Shown: positions 24,483 to 37,483 of the stretch, piece after piece
Numbering within the stretch: the first letter of the stretch is position 1
How the letters are laid out: the number at the start of each line of letters is the position of its first letter
From: Octopus sinensis
Lineage: Eukaryota
Direction: 5' to 3'
DNA: 64,000 bases
Assembly: GCF_006345805.1 (NCBI RefSeq)
Contig: NC_042999.1
Coordinates: 160,518,001-160,582,000 of the forward strand
Notes under the pieces: model-generated
The model's input: only the letters and a program-made list of their open reading frames with translations
Database searches by the model: none
Told to the model about the DNA's origin: nothing
Made by a program: the position numbers and the translations under genes

Positions 24483-25423
24483 TAAATGTGAGAAAAGTCA
24501 AGTTCTATCTCATCCTTTTACTTTGGGTGTTCCAAAGTTAGATTTCTAATAGAGATTCTTCATATTAAATTGGTAGCTTACTATTGTAAATATTTTTCGA
24601 ATATGAAAATGTTACGAGTATAAGATGTGCTATGAACGTTTATAGAACACGCATCCTATAGAAACTCAACAAACTGTTAAAGATGGAGAAGAGAAGGTGT
24701 TATAAGTTTTATGAAATTTTAATCCATGCCTACGATCATTTCGAACGGTAATATTAACATGTAAGAAACATGGAAAAAATTAAAAATTAATTTAATTATA
24801 ATAATAATTAAATTAATTACATATTACCATTCTCCTCAGTGCAAAAAAAAAACACACACATCAAAAAGAATACATCAGAAGAATATTATATTGTTACAGA
24901 AGACTAGATGGAGTGAGTGTCATATAACATGTTCGGATATTCATAATATGATTATGAAAGATGAAAGATAAAAACATGCTTAGGTAGTGTTGAGTCTAGT
25001 TGTGTATGAACTATATATATATATGTGTATATACATAACATTGATTTCTTCATCTGCCGTAAGGCATTATTTCCCAAAATATGCCAGCTAAGCTAAGTTG
25101 AACTGTCTAAAGTCGAAAGACACCTGTTGTTTTTGTCCTGTTATTATTATTATTGTTTTTTGTATTTATATTTGTGTGGCATCGTCCATTTTTCTGTCGT
25201 TGTTTCATATACATTCGATCCTTTTTCCAAGAAATCTAATGCTCGTAGCTTAGTTTTTCCTTGGGGCTGGCTGGATCGGAGTGATCTCAAGATTAATCAG
25301 CTGAAATTGCGAGGATGATCCAGTTCTTGACTGAAGATTAGAGGCTTCGAGTGACCCATCCGTTTTTTTGTGTCGTCTATTTGAATGTTTTGCGTTCTTG
25401 TTCCATTTTGTATTTTTATATAT

Positions 25424-25460
<37 letters not shown>

Positions 25461-25563
25461 AATGTGAGGATAAAATTCTTTTCTAAAAAAAATATTTTCT
25501 CAAAAAAAATTTTATCAATGGCCAGCATATTAAAAAATACCTTTAACGGTTAAATTTATAAAC

Positions 25564-26190
25564 AATTCATAAATGAGGGCAAAGGAAAAAAATTCTAATG
25601 CCAAATATGCCGAAAAATTGGACATATTGTCCATTAACCATATAATTTTTTCACAATACGCACGCTATTAGAAAAAAGGCTGACAGAAATTTCTAAAAAA
25701 TTCCATTATTACCATATCGGACCGATTTCAGAGTTAGCTACTAAGAGCCCTCTCTTCGTCAGTGATACATGTGGCAAAAGAAATAAATGAGATACTTACT
25801 CGCACCCATGGAAGAAGCAAATACTAAGTCACTCTGTGAGAGCCTCAGTTCAAATTGCACGTGCCTCGAATGGGCTTGAGTATTTCTATTTTGGATGTAT
25901 TTGGGGTACTTAGTTGTGCCCATGACTTAGTATTTGCTTCTTCTATGGGTACGAGTAAGTATCTCATTTATTTCTTTTGCCACATGTATCACTGACGAAG
26001 AGAGGGCTCTTAGTAGCTAACTCTGAAATCGGTCCGATATGGTAATAATGGAATTTTTTAGAAATTTCTGGCAGCCTTTTTTCGAGTAGCGTGCGTATTG
26101 TGAAAAAATTATACGGTTAATGGACAATACGTCCAATTTTTTGGCATATTTGGCATTAGAATTTTTTTCCTTTGCCCTCATTTATGAATT
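25564..26190. mobile_element. Fold-back element with 268-bp inverted arms, each carrying a hammerhead-like core (Penelope pLTR-like)
   Basis: Arms 25564-25831 and 25923-26190. CTGACGA (25992-98), AGAG…CTCT stem II, GAAA (26025-28), ATCGGT stem III, GTC triplet. Confidence 0.75.
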
Positions 26191-26506
26191 ATATATATAT
26201 ATACATATGTATGTATGTATGTATACACACACACACACACATACATATATGTGTCCATCTTTTGTTGATGTATATTTGATGAAGCATGTAAACATCACTG
26301 AGTAGCTGGAAAACCAATGCTTTCTGAATGAAGTTTCTTATTAGTATTTGTTCAGCACTGAATTAGAAATATTTTCTTGTCACTTTCACCATCAGAATTG
26401 ACAAGGACCAGGGATTAGCTTAATGGAGACCTGTAACCAATGATGCTGTTGTTCACCAACTGTTATAGAGCATGAAAAAGAAATAAATATGTACACAGTA
26501 ATAGAA

Positions 26507-26507
26507 G

Positions 26508-26558
<51 letters not shown>

Positions 26559-26890
26559 GTTTAAGGTCCGCTTTCCATGCTAGCATGGGTTGGACGGTTC
26601 AACTGGGGTCTGGGAAGCCAGAAGGTTGCGCCTGGCCCAGTCTGATCTGGCAGTGTGTCTACAGCTGGATGCCCTTCCTAATGCCAACCACTCTGTGAGT
26701 GTAGTGGGTGTTTTTTACGTGCCAGACGAGGCTGGCAATGGCCACGATTGGATGGTGCTTTTTACGTGCCACCGACATGGAGGCCAGTCGGGGCAGCCCT
26801 GGCAACGGCCATGTTCGGATGGCTCTCTTACGTGCCACCGGCACTGGTATCACAACTACAATTTCCATTGATTTTGATCGATTTCAATTT
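26507..26890 (-). mobile_element. SINE family B
   Basis: (CAT)n plus body. Confidence 0.9.
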
Positions 26891-27402
26891 CTGTGAAAGA
26901 TGTTCTGTGAAATTCTGAATATAGTCTTCCAATGCTGGAGCATGTCAAATCAACAATTCTTTTCCACTAATTACCTTGATCTCTTTATTATTAATATTTC
27001 TTTTACCAAACTGTTAAAGACATTAAAAGAAAAAAGGGTTTATAATCAAATGTAACAGTTAAGGAACTCCATTCTTTTAAGGGTGTTCACTTTCAGTGAG
27101 CCGTTACTTGATTATCCATTTATGATCACACAGAAACCAATTAAGAGCTTATCAAACAAGATTTTGCCAAAATGAAAGGTTGTCAATGATGGAGAGTTGT
27201 CAAGAAAGGTGTTTTATCAAACATCATTCCAAACTGGTTATTGATACAAAGCTCTACAGCCAGGGTATAGTTTTTTAATTAAAAAAAAAAAGCTCTAATT
27301 ATTTGCCAAAGCAATCATTTATTGATTTTTCTAACTTTCTTCTATTCCATCATGATTCTAAAAATAGTTTTAATAGAGTAAGACACCAACTTTTACATGC
27401 AG

Positions 27403-27454
27403 TCACTAGCAAGTGGAATCAAACATACAAGCTATTCAAAGTTGATAGTTATGG
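27403..27454 (+). CDS. Candidate internal exon of an unidentified gene (vTSKWNQTYKLFKVDSYg), phase 1 to 2
   Basis: Acceptor AACTTTTACATGCAG, donor TGG|GTAAGA; phase joins 36609. Confidence 0.45.
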
Positions 27455-28244
27455 GTAAGAAGTGTAAAAACATTTCCTCCTTAGATAATGTTATCTCTTC
27501 CTATCTGTTCTTATAGCATGGATATTTCTATTTTTGTCTCTCTATCTCTAACTTCTTTTACAATACAATTAACTGCAGAATATTTCATTGCTTGATTTCT
27601 TCTTTCTTTATCTCTTCCTCTTTTCTATCTGTTGCCTAATGGTTATGCATGTTGAAATATACTTTCAGCTCTACTCTTGAAACATTTTTTTAAATGCTTT
27701 CCCACTTCATTCAATATTAACAATGAGATTTTTATCAATGGGCATAAATAGAATATGTTTTCTTCTATCTGAAGGCCAATAGATTATTTAAATGGTTGCA
27801 GCATTTAGAATATCTAAAACAAGGAGCAAAAAAAAAAAAATAGTATCAAGACATAATTAGCATAATAATTAAGTCACAAGTAAATTTAGCCTCCTGACAG
27901 TAAACTAAATACATAATTACATCCTAAATTAGCTTTGACACTTGTTTATTTTTATACTTCAGAGACAATTAATTAAATCCTTTCTACAAGCAGTAATACA
28001 TTACATCAGTCATCAACAAATGTATTTATTAGTTTTACATGAAAACCACCTGAGCCAAGACAATAAATTTGACTTGTTAAATCAGTGTGTCAATAAATTC
28101 TATTATTACACAATATCTTACTCATTTTTATTATTTATTCATAGTTTGAATCAACATTTTCTTAATACAGGCATGTTTTGATGTTTTATCCAATATTTAT
28201 TTAAATATTTTAATTTATATTCGTTTTTTCCGTTTTTCGTTTTT

Positions 28245-28590
28245 TTTGCTTCAGCTCAGAGCTGCAGCCATGCTGATTCACCACCGTTTTGTGCTACACT
28301 GTTATTACGAAGAGCCTCCTCTAATATGTGGCACTTGGTGAAGTATGGAGTTTGATATAGCTACTCTCATTTGCACCTCTTGCCGTGAGGTAGGTTCATT
28401 TGGGACTCTCGACAGGAAGATGTCCAGCTTTGATTTAAAAACCACTACATCTACTTTGTGCAAGTTCCTCAGACTCTTTGGGAGAATATAAAAAAGCTGT
28501 GGGCCCTTGAAACCCAGGCTGTTGCAGTAGCAGACATTTCCTAAAAAATTTGCGAAATAAATCTGTGATAAAATATCAGATAGCAATACA
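28245..28590 (-). mobile_element. CR1-clade LINE 3' end (RT C-terminus plus 3' UTR)
   Basis: NSLGFKGPQLFYILPKSLRNL…FKSKLDIFLSRVPNEP…SNSILHQ. Confidence 0.8.
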
Positions 28591-29049
28591 GTAAGATAGG
28601 GGTTTTATCTATGCAGTGTTTTGTTTGGTAAATCCAGTGGTTTCAAGACATATTTTCTGATGGAGCTGGTGGGTTTATTTTCCCATAACTTAGCAGTCCA
28701 GTAAAAGCACCTGATAAAAAAGTACCAAGCTTTAAAAAAAAAAGTACTGGAGTTTGATACATTCAAGTACCAATTCTTCAAGATGATGCTCTTAGCAATC
28801 AAATGACTGAAAGAAATAAAAAGATTTTTTAAAAAAGGTATGTATGTATATACATATGTGTATATATATTTTTTATTAAAGCTGTAAAAACATCACAAAG
28901 AAACTGATGTTTTTGCAGCTTCGATAAAAAAAACATATTACTCTTCTTTGGTATTCGAGTACTATTTTTTTCCAACTATTTTGCATTTATGTTCTTACTC
29001 ATGTAGATATACATATGTATATATATACATATATATATATACTTGTAAA

Positions 29050-29990
29050 CAACCGTGTGAAGAGAGCTGACGAGAATGGCTCCTTAGTACTTCACATGAC
29101 AATAAATATGAAAAGAATAAATGTGTATAAGTGTCAGAAGGAAAAGAGAGACACAACCGGGTAGAATGTTTAAGAGAAGATTTTATTGATAGGTTAACAC
29201 GTGTATCTGTGGTGCGTCATGTATACATGATAATAGACAGGCCATCATGAGAACAAAGTGTGTGTGTGCATAGGCATGGATGTATGCGTGTGTTAAGTAC
29301 AAAGCATTGAAAGAGTCTATAATGTGAAGTTAAAAGAATGTTCAGACACAAAGATGATAAATACCAGTTCATGGTCAATGTACATGATATTTGAAATGCT
29401 GTATCAAGAAGTTGTGGCTGTAATGCAGAGCCAGTTGAGGTATATGTCATATGTGAAGTTGTGGCTGTGATGCTGCTGCCTGGCTCACTTGGTACAGGAG
29501 TTCTCGCAGGTTGTATTTGCTGTTAGCCATGGTGAAGTAATTCACAAACAGTGTTGTGTTGGAACCTGTGTGAGTGTTGCTGGGTGCTGTGTATGGAAAG
29601 AGATGATGTTGACGTTAGGACGAATGGTGGCGACAGAGATGGAGATCGTCAAATGCTGTTGGATGAAGTTGATGAGTCTCCATGTAGCTGCTGGAACTGG
29701 CTGTATCCTGTGTGGTCAGTGGCTAGACCCCAAAAGTTCTGGAACCAAAGGACTCCGAGCTGCAGAGAAGCTAGAGTTTTTTAGGGAGCAGTTGGCTCAA
29801 ACTGGGGTTCAGAACAGACTGTCTCACGTGACCTTATTTGAAGGCTATGATTGGTTGGGTTGCATATTGGCAAGCAATAGAGCAAGAGGCAAATTGCACC
29901 AAGACCAACCAATCAGAGTAGTGGACACAACAGGGTCCGAAAATGCAGCCGAAGGCAAGCTGTTATCTACTACATCTGTATTTATGTATA
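29050..29990 (-). mobile_element. Unclassified GC-richer LTR/terminal-repeat-like remnant
   Basis: Composition shift and an AATAAA-containing terminus on the minus strand; no partner copy and no recognisable domain. Confidence 0.3.
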
Positions 29991-30422
29991 TATAACAGAG
30001 AGAGAGGAATTTCCCTCAAGCGTACACTACAAACTCATGCCAGTATGGAAAAGGAACACTAAATGTTGATGATGACGACGACGATGATGATGATGATATA
30101 TATATATGTTATATGCACACACACACACACACAGCACACTTTGATCTTAGTCCCTTGTAGTCAATAAGTTTCAAAATTTAAACAAAAATGAAATAAAGGT
30201 ACAAACAGAAAATTCACAAATAGGACAAGGTGTTACTAATCCTCATCCGTTATCATCTAAAAGACCCTTATAATTTCATGCCTTTAACAATAATATTTGG
30301 TGGCACCAGTAGTGAAAAGCTGCTGGGAATAGTAAACAAACAGGGGACAATGACAAAAACAAACACAACAAAATGTGAACGTACAAACAAAGTAAAATAA
30401 ATATACATTATACAAACATATA

Positions 30423-30788
30423 GACGCAGAAGCGGCTGTGTGGTAAGTAGCTTGCTAACCAACCACATGGTTCCGGGTTCAGTCCCACTGCGTGACATCT
30501 TGAGCAAGTGTCTTCTGCTATAGCCCCAGGCCGACCAAAGCCTTGTGAGTGGATTTGGTAGACGGAAACTGAAAGAAGCCTGTCGTATATATGTATATAT
30601 ATATATATATGTGTGTGTATGTGTTTGTGTGTCTGTGTTTGTCTCCCTAGCATTGCTTGACAACCGATGCTGGTGTGTTTACGTCCCCGTCACTTAGCGG
30701 TTCAGCAAAAGAGACTGATAGAATAAGTACTGGGCTTACAAACAATAAGTCCCGGGGTCGATTTGCTTGAGTAAAAGAGTAAAAGAGT
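30423..30788 (+). mobile_element. SINE family A
   Basis: Full family-A structure. Confidence 0.9.
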
Positions 30789-30999
30789 ATATATTTGTCC
30801 TGCCTTTTAGCTGCACGGCCATAAGTCAGGACAAATATATGAATAATGCAAGGAAAATGTTCTATAAGACTGGAAACAAAAAACAATGAATGGTGAAAAA
30901 ACAAACCAGGTTGAAAGCAGAGGAAAAGAAAGAAATCCAGCTGATCAAGTCAGCGAAAGGATCTTTTGGATGATAACTGATGAGGAATTAGCAGCATCT

Positions 31000-31630
31000 G
31001 GTTTTATGGCAGTGAAACATGGGCTTTGACTGCAGAGGACTTGCAAAGACTTGAAAGAAATGAAGCTAGCACGCTCTGCTGCATGGGTAACATCAGCGTG
31101 CACACATGACTGAGTGTAATTGTTTTAAGAGGAAAACTGGGTATAAGAAGCATGAGATGTCTTGTGCAAGAGAGAAGACTGTGCTGGTGATCTGGCAGAA
31201 TTGTTAGCACACCGGGCGAAATGCCCAGCGGTATTTCGTCTGTCTTTACGTTCTGAGTTCAAATTCCGCCAAGGTAGACTTTGCCTTTCATCCTTTCGGG
31301 GTCGATAAATTAAGAACCAGTTACACACTGGGGTCGATGTAATCGACTTAATCCATTTGTCTGTCCTTGTTTGTCCTCTCTGCGTTTAGCCCCTTGTGGG
31401 TAGTAAAGAAATTGGTATGGTCATTCGATGCGTATGGATGAGGACAACTGCATAAAGAAGTGCCAAGCTCTAATTGTGGAGGGAGCCTGTAGAAGGGGAA
31501 GGAAGACCCAAGAAGACATAGGATGAAGAGGTAAGAAAAGAACTTCAGATGCTGGGCCTCGTTGAGGAAATAACAAGGGACCGGGAGACGAGGTGGTTGG
31601 CTGCACTTGAAAAGAACACTTTAAGCTAAG
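31000..31630 (+). mobile_element. RTE-clade LINE 3' RT remnant interrupted by a family D SINE (~31190-31413)
   Basis: YGSETWALTAEDLQRLERNEAS…VQERRLCW [SINE] WYGHSMRMDEDNCIKKCQ…GACRRGRK. Confidence 0.85.
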
Positions 31631-31636
31631 TAAAAT

Positions 31637-32044
31637 ACTCTCTCTTTTACTCTTTTCCTTGTTTCAGTCATTTGACTGCGGCCATGCTGGAGCACCGCCT
31701 ATAGTCAAGCAAATCAACCCCGGGACTTATTCTTTGTAAGCCCAGTACTTATTCTATCAGTCTCTTTTGCCGAACCGCTAAGTGACGCGGACGTAAACAC
31801 ACCAGCATCGGTTGTCAAGTAATGCTAGGGGGACAAACACAGACACACAAACATACACACATATATATATATATATATACATATATACGACGGGCTTCTT
31901 TCAGTTTCCGTCTACCAAATCCACTCACAAGGCATTAGTCGGCTCGGGGCTATAGCAGAAGACACTTGCCCAAGATGCCACGCAGTGGGACTGAACCCGG
32001 AACCACGTGGTTGGTTAGCATGCTACTTACCACACAGCCACTCC
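31637..32044 (-). mobile_element. SINE family A
   Basis: Full family-A structure. Confidence 0.9.
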
Positions 32045-32249
32045 AGCTATTTTCTTTTTTATTAACTGCTCGTATCATACGTCAATGGTTGCATGTCAGA
32101 ATTTGTCTGTGACAAACAAATCAGCGACTGACTCTCGATGCATAATGCTGACAGTGGAAAAACAAAAGAGAAAGTTGGCAGTAGAGTCTACAAGAATTCA
32201 ATCAATATATTAAATCCTTCACATTAACATGAAAATATGAAAAATCTAC

Positions 32250-32885
32250 AATACACACACACACACACGTGTATGTATGTATGCATGTATGTATGTATGT
32301 ATGTGTGTGTGTATGTATGTATGTATGCATGTACGTATGTATGTGTGTATGTATGTATGTGTGTATGTATGTATGTATGTATGTGTGTATGTATGCATGT
32401 ATGTATGTATGTATGTATGTATGTGTGTATGTGTGTGTGTATGTATGTATGTATGTATGTATGTATGTGTGTGTGTGCACGTGTATGTATGTATGTGTGT
32501 GTGTGTATGTATGTGCATGTATGTATGTATGTATGTATGTATGTATGTATGCATGTATGTATGCATGTATGTATGTATGTATGTATGTGTGTGTGTATGT
32601 ATGTATGTATGTATGTATGTGTGTGCACGTGTATGTATGTATGTGTGTATGCATGTATGTATGTATGTATGTATGTATGTATGTATGTATGCATGTATGT
32701 ATGTATGTATGTATGTATGTATGTATGTATGTGTGTGTGTATGTGTGTGTGTATGTGTGTATGTATGTATGTATGTGTGTATGCATGTATGTATGTATGT
32801 ATGTATGTATGTATGTATGTATGTATGTATGTGTGTGTGTATGTGTGTGTGTATGTGTGTATGTATGTATGTATGTATGTATATA
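32250..32885. repeat. (TATG/TG)n microsatellite
   Basis: Visible. Confidence 0.95.
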
Positions 32886-33287
32886 TGTATTTTAACACAT
32901 ATTTTTCCATTCTGGCAATTGGTTGGTTGGGACTTACAGTATCTCTCCATTTGTGTCGTCAGTTTTTCCTCATTTGGCACAATGTTTGCAACCCCCTTTT
33001 TTCCCCCTTGCTCATAGCCCCCCCCCCTCTTTTGAAACCAACTTTGGTCTGTGATACTGTCATACATGCTGTTCATTGGAAAAAGTATTTTACCATTTGT
33101 AATGTTTATTGATTGCAGCTGCACCATATGGAAACTCAGTATTTGTTGTAGCTTACAAAAACAATTGTTGCTATGCAGATAAAAACACAAAATTCTATAA
33201 AGTCATAAATAAATAAACATAAGATACAAAGGACAGTAGAAACTTAACTTTATTGCTGGGGACTTTATAAACTAAAATTATAAAATA

Positions 33288-34497
33288 CTAGCAGTATCGC
33301 CCGGCGTTGCTCGGGTTTGTAAGGGAAATAACTATATAAGCATTTTTAGAGATGTAAAATATAATAGCCATCTCAATATGGCTAACCACAAAGGTGGGGG
33401 GGGGGTGTTACTGTAGCTTTTTACATTCTGAGATTTAATAATAAATTTTTAGAGAGTTACTTCCCTTATATATGCCAAAAATACATTAAAAATGGGGAAA
33501 ATTGATGGTAAATTTTTTTTTAAATTGTAGACTCATCATAGACACGTGCTAATACCCAGAAGGGCTCGATATGAATCACGACTATAAGATACCCGGTTTT
33601 GGTTAAACTGCACCGCAAAATGTGGGAGTAGTTAGGAATCTAAATCGTAGGAGACAGACAGCACACAACCTCACTTTTATATATAAAGACTAGCAGTATT
33701 GCCCGGCGTTGCTCGGGTTTGTAAGGGAAATAACTATATAAGCATTTTTAGAGATGTAAAATATAATAGCCATCTCAATATGGCTAACCACAAAGGTGGG
33801 GGGGGGTGTTACTGTAGCTTTTTACATTCTGAGATTTAATAATAAATTTTTAGAGAGTTACTTCCCTTATATATGCCAAAAATACATTAAAAATGGGGAA
33901 AATTGATGGTAAATTTTTTTTTAAATTGTAGACTCATCATAGACACGTGCTAATACCCAGAAGGGCTCGATATGAATCACGACTATAAGATACCCGGTTT
34001 TGGTTAAACTGCACCGCAAAATGTGGGAGTAGTTAGGAATCTAAATCGTAGGAGACAGACAGCACACAACCTCACTTTTATATATAAAGACTAGCAGTAT
34101 TGCCCGGCGTTGCTCGGGTTTGTAAGGGAAATAACTATATAAGCATTTTTAGAGATGTAAAATATAATAGCCATCTCAATATGGCTAACCACAAAGGTGG
34201 GGGGGGTGTGTTACTGTAGCTTTTTACATTCTGAGATTTAATAATAAATTTTTAGAGAGTTACTTCCCTTATATATGCCAAAAATACATTAAAAATGGGG
34301 AAAATTGATGGTAAATTTTTTTTTAAATTGTAGACTCATCATAGACACGTGCTAATACCCAGAAGGGCTCGATATGAATCACGACTATAAGATACCCGGT
34401 TTTGGTTAAACTGCACCGCAAAATGTGGGAGTAGTTAGGAATCTAAATCGGAGGAGACAGAGTCTCACACACACAACTTCAATTTCATATATAAAGG
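33288..34497 (-). mobile_element. Head-to-tail trimer of Helitron family F, period 401-402 bp
   Basis: CTAG at 33288, 33690 and 34091; minus-strand junctions read CTAG|TCTTTATATATAAAAG. Confidence 0.9.
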
Positions 34498-34609
34498 TAT
34501 AATAAAGTCCATTGCTACAGCTTTTTTTTTTTGCTCTTCAGGCATTGCAAAATATCTTCATAAAAATTAGTAAAAGCTATTGTTTCTAAATGGTTGTTTC
34601 ATATTATTA

Positions 34610-34942
34610 TCTCTCTATATATAAACGGCAAAATGTCTCTGTGTGTGTCCTTTATACAAATCCACAATTTTTCAGTTAGAGGGCTCGCACTTTCTATGGT
34701 CATTCAAACCGTCCCCAGTCACCCCGCAAAACCATTAAAAAATCAATACAAGTGACATTTTTGTGAATTTTCTGTCCAAAACCCAATCAAAATGCCCGAA
34801 ACTTGATACGCCAATTGAATGCCAGCTAGCTGTATGTGATTGGTCGGAGATTTGGACAGGACTCGCGTGTATGTGTGCATGCACGCAGCTGTATATGCAT
34901 GCACTAGCACTATCACCCGGCATTGCCAGGTCATAGTGCTAG
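34610..34942 (+). mobile_element. Second non-autonomous Helitron family
   Basis: A|TCTCTCTATATATAAA … CCCGGCATTGCCAGG hairpin … CTAG|T. Confidence 0.75.
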
Positions 34943-34974
34943 TCTTAGTTATTAGATAGTCCATCCTATATACT

Positions 34975-35172
34975 AAATCAAGCCTGTGGCAGTGGAGACA
35001 TCCAGCATTCTCAGCCCCTGGACCATATCTGTTTACTATTGGGGTGGAGATGGTTATCTGCAAGTGTGAGCCCCTTCAGTCAGAGTGGCTGTTCCAGCAC
35101 ATCTCCCTTGCCATTCTCTGGGGCAAAGACCTTTCCATTTTGTCTGCTGGGACCACGAGGCAATCTGAATTA
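34975..35172 (+). pseudogene. C-terminal restriction-like endonuclease remnant of a CRE-like non-LTR element, frameshifted
   Basis: PVAVETSSILSP … EPLQSEWLFQHISLAILWGKDLSILS resembles the PVAVET…WLFQRISLAV.RGNA.SIL consensus. Confidence 0.65.
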
Positions 35173-35432
35173 TAGGAAATTGTATGTCCCACTCCTTAAT
35201 GTAAAGTTTCAAATATTGTTTCTCTCAGCAAAAAATCCCATTGTCATCTCTACCTACTATGCTACTTGGGTTTTGGTGTACATGTCAAATGGTGAATCTC
35301 TGACCCTATATAAATTTATATTTCATGATATAATTTGTACCTACCCTGGTAGGTATTGGGTTGGCAAATAAGTTCCCGCTGTTTTTTTAATTTTTAATTT
35401 TTCAAAAGGTTTAATAAAAAAAATAACAACAA

Positions 35433-35610
35433 GGCGCAGGAGTGGCTGTGTGGTAAGTAGCTTGTTTACCAACCACATGGTTCCGGGTTCAGTCCCACTG
35501 TGTGGCACCTTGGGCAAGTGTCTTCTACTATAGTCTCGGGCCGACCAAAGCTTTGTGAGTGGATTTGGTAGACGGAAGCTGAAAGAAGCCCGTTGTATAT
35601 ATATATATAT
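35433..35610 (+). mobile_element. SINE family A, 5' half, truncated at its TA run
   Basis: Head GGCGCAGGAGTGGCTG…; 3' half replaced by an inverted duplication. Confidence 0.85.
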
Positions 35611-35760
35611 ATAGAAAGTGTGAGCCCTCTAACTGAAAAATTGTGGATTTGTATAAAGGACACACACAGAGACATTTTGCCGTTTATATATAGAGAGATA
35701 ATAATATGAAACAACCATTTAGAAACAATAGCTTTTACTAATTTTTATGAAGATATTTTG

Positions 35761-36190
35761 CAAAGGGCGGAAGAACTCTTGAGAGTCAACGGCTATCCAA
35801 TAAATGTCTTGGGGCAGTATCATGCGCAGGGACATAGAAATAATCGGACTGAATACCCGATCGCGCAGTTAAACCATTGGGAGTGAAGGACTCTTAGCCT
35901 TTGTTAGGGCATCCTTCTAGGAGAAGGTAAATCAGGTAACTGGGATAACTCCGACATAAAGCCTGCAGCTCAGTGGTTACCGATGATGTTGACTTGTTCT
36001 TCTTTTCGAATTATGGCTGCTGTTGCTTAGTGAGTGGGATTGACTCAGTGCACAGCCTTTCCTCACTTAAAAAAAATCTTCTTGCACAGGCATTGCATAA
36101 TAACAACATTGATTAAGCTTTGTGCAATGGCCATACTCGATAATGAGGGGGCAGCCACCATGTATGTATGTATGTATGTATGTATGTATG
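35761..36190 (+). mobile_element. Family G element, 5' truncated
   Basis: Inverse of 2896-3340. Confidence 0.75.
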
Positions 36191-36608
36191 CATGTAAAAA
36201 TAAACAGACAAAGAGGTAAAGAAATATGCTAGTATCTGCACTGTATCCAACCTTGCCCAGGTTTACTAACATCTAAATTAAATATAATCATATGAATTCA
36301 TACTATTTTGAATAAATTGCCTCAAAATTATGCTGTCAATCTTCAGTTTGTTTGGGAATATTGATTCAGAATTTTTACAATGAGATAATCAGATTGCAAT
36401 TGAACTTCATAAAAATGCGGAAAATATAAACAAAGAAATTTAGAACTGAAGATAAAATTTTCCTCCTACTTAATTTAATTTTCTCAAAACAAGAATACTT
36501 TTCTTGTCCAAAATACTCTCAATAAATCATTTTTCTAATCAGTAGCTTTTTAATATCTATTGCAGTGTTTTGGGGGTGATTCTATTCTGAGTTTTTTTTT
36601 TCTGTCAG

Positions 36609-36672
36609 GAGTCTAAAAAGAAAACTAATTCGAAGAAAAAGTTACATAATCTTTCCCATGGAAAGATGTGCT
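36609..36672 (+). CDS. Candidate internal exon (gSLKRKLIRRKSYIIFPMERCA), phase 2 to 0
   Basis: Strong acceptor TTTTTTTTTTCTGTCAG, donor GCT|GTAATG; phases join 27454 and 41484. Confidence 0.45.
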
Positions 36673-36867
36673 GTAATGTAAAATTTTAACAGAGCAGCTG
36701 AGGTGCAAAACTGTGGCTTAAAACCTGCAACATACACATATACATGCATGTATGCATACATACACACATACATGCATATAAATAAATATATATGCAAACA
36801 TATGACAGGAATACATAAAATACATTATACATGCATGCATACATACATACATACATATATATACATT

Positions 36868-37178
36868 AAAGACCCCCTTCGGTCATGAATGACCATGGGA
36901 TTGCACCTAGAAAGTTACCCTCCTAGACACAAGTCCGGGCAAGGTTGTTTATGGAAGACCAGCAGTCGCCCATGCATACCAGCCTCCCCTCTCCACGCCA
37001 CCAGTGTTATCCAAGGGAAAGACAGAGGTCGATACAGTTTGGCACCTGTGACGTCGCAACTCATTTCTACAGCTGAGTGAACTGGAGCAACGTGAAATAA
37101 AGTGCCTTGCTCAAGAACACAACACGCAGCCCGGTCCGGGATTCGAGCTCACAACCTCACGATCGTAAGCTCGACGCT
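36868..37178 (-). mobile_element. SINE family E with truncated head
   Basis: Matches 8597-8910. Confidence 0.85.
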
Positions 37179-37483
37179 CTATATGAATGCATGCATACTT
37201 ATGTGTACAAATGTATGCATGCATATATAAATACATTCATATATACACACATGAAAACATGTATGCATACATACATTAATGCATGCAGACATATACTTTT
37301 ACATATTAAGATATATATAGACTGATAGCCTACATATTTACTATAAAAGTGAAGGTTTGTCTATAAGATTCCACAATGAGTATTCAATGGTTTGATCAAT
37401 AAAACTCTTTGCTCATTGAATTAGTATCTAAGTGCCTGAGAATTCCACAAACAGATTTTACATTGAATTAATCCTTAGACATA

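Noticed and set aside
23407-24549. Long ORFs such as MYVC…/HTYI… (also 32202-33190, 40491-40951, 43608-44294, 48719-49706)
   Set aside because: Translations of simple repeats; no coding evidence.
34985-35160. Minus-strand frame with an in-frame TGA (possible selenocysteine)
   Set aside because: The plus strand explains the region as a CRE-like endonuclease remnant; no SECIS evidence.
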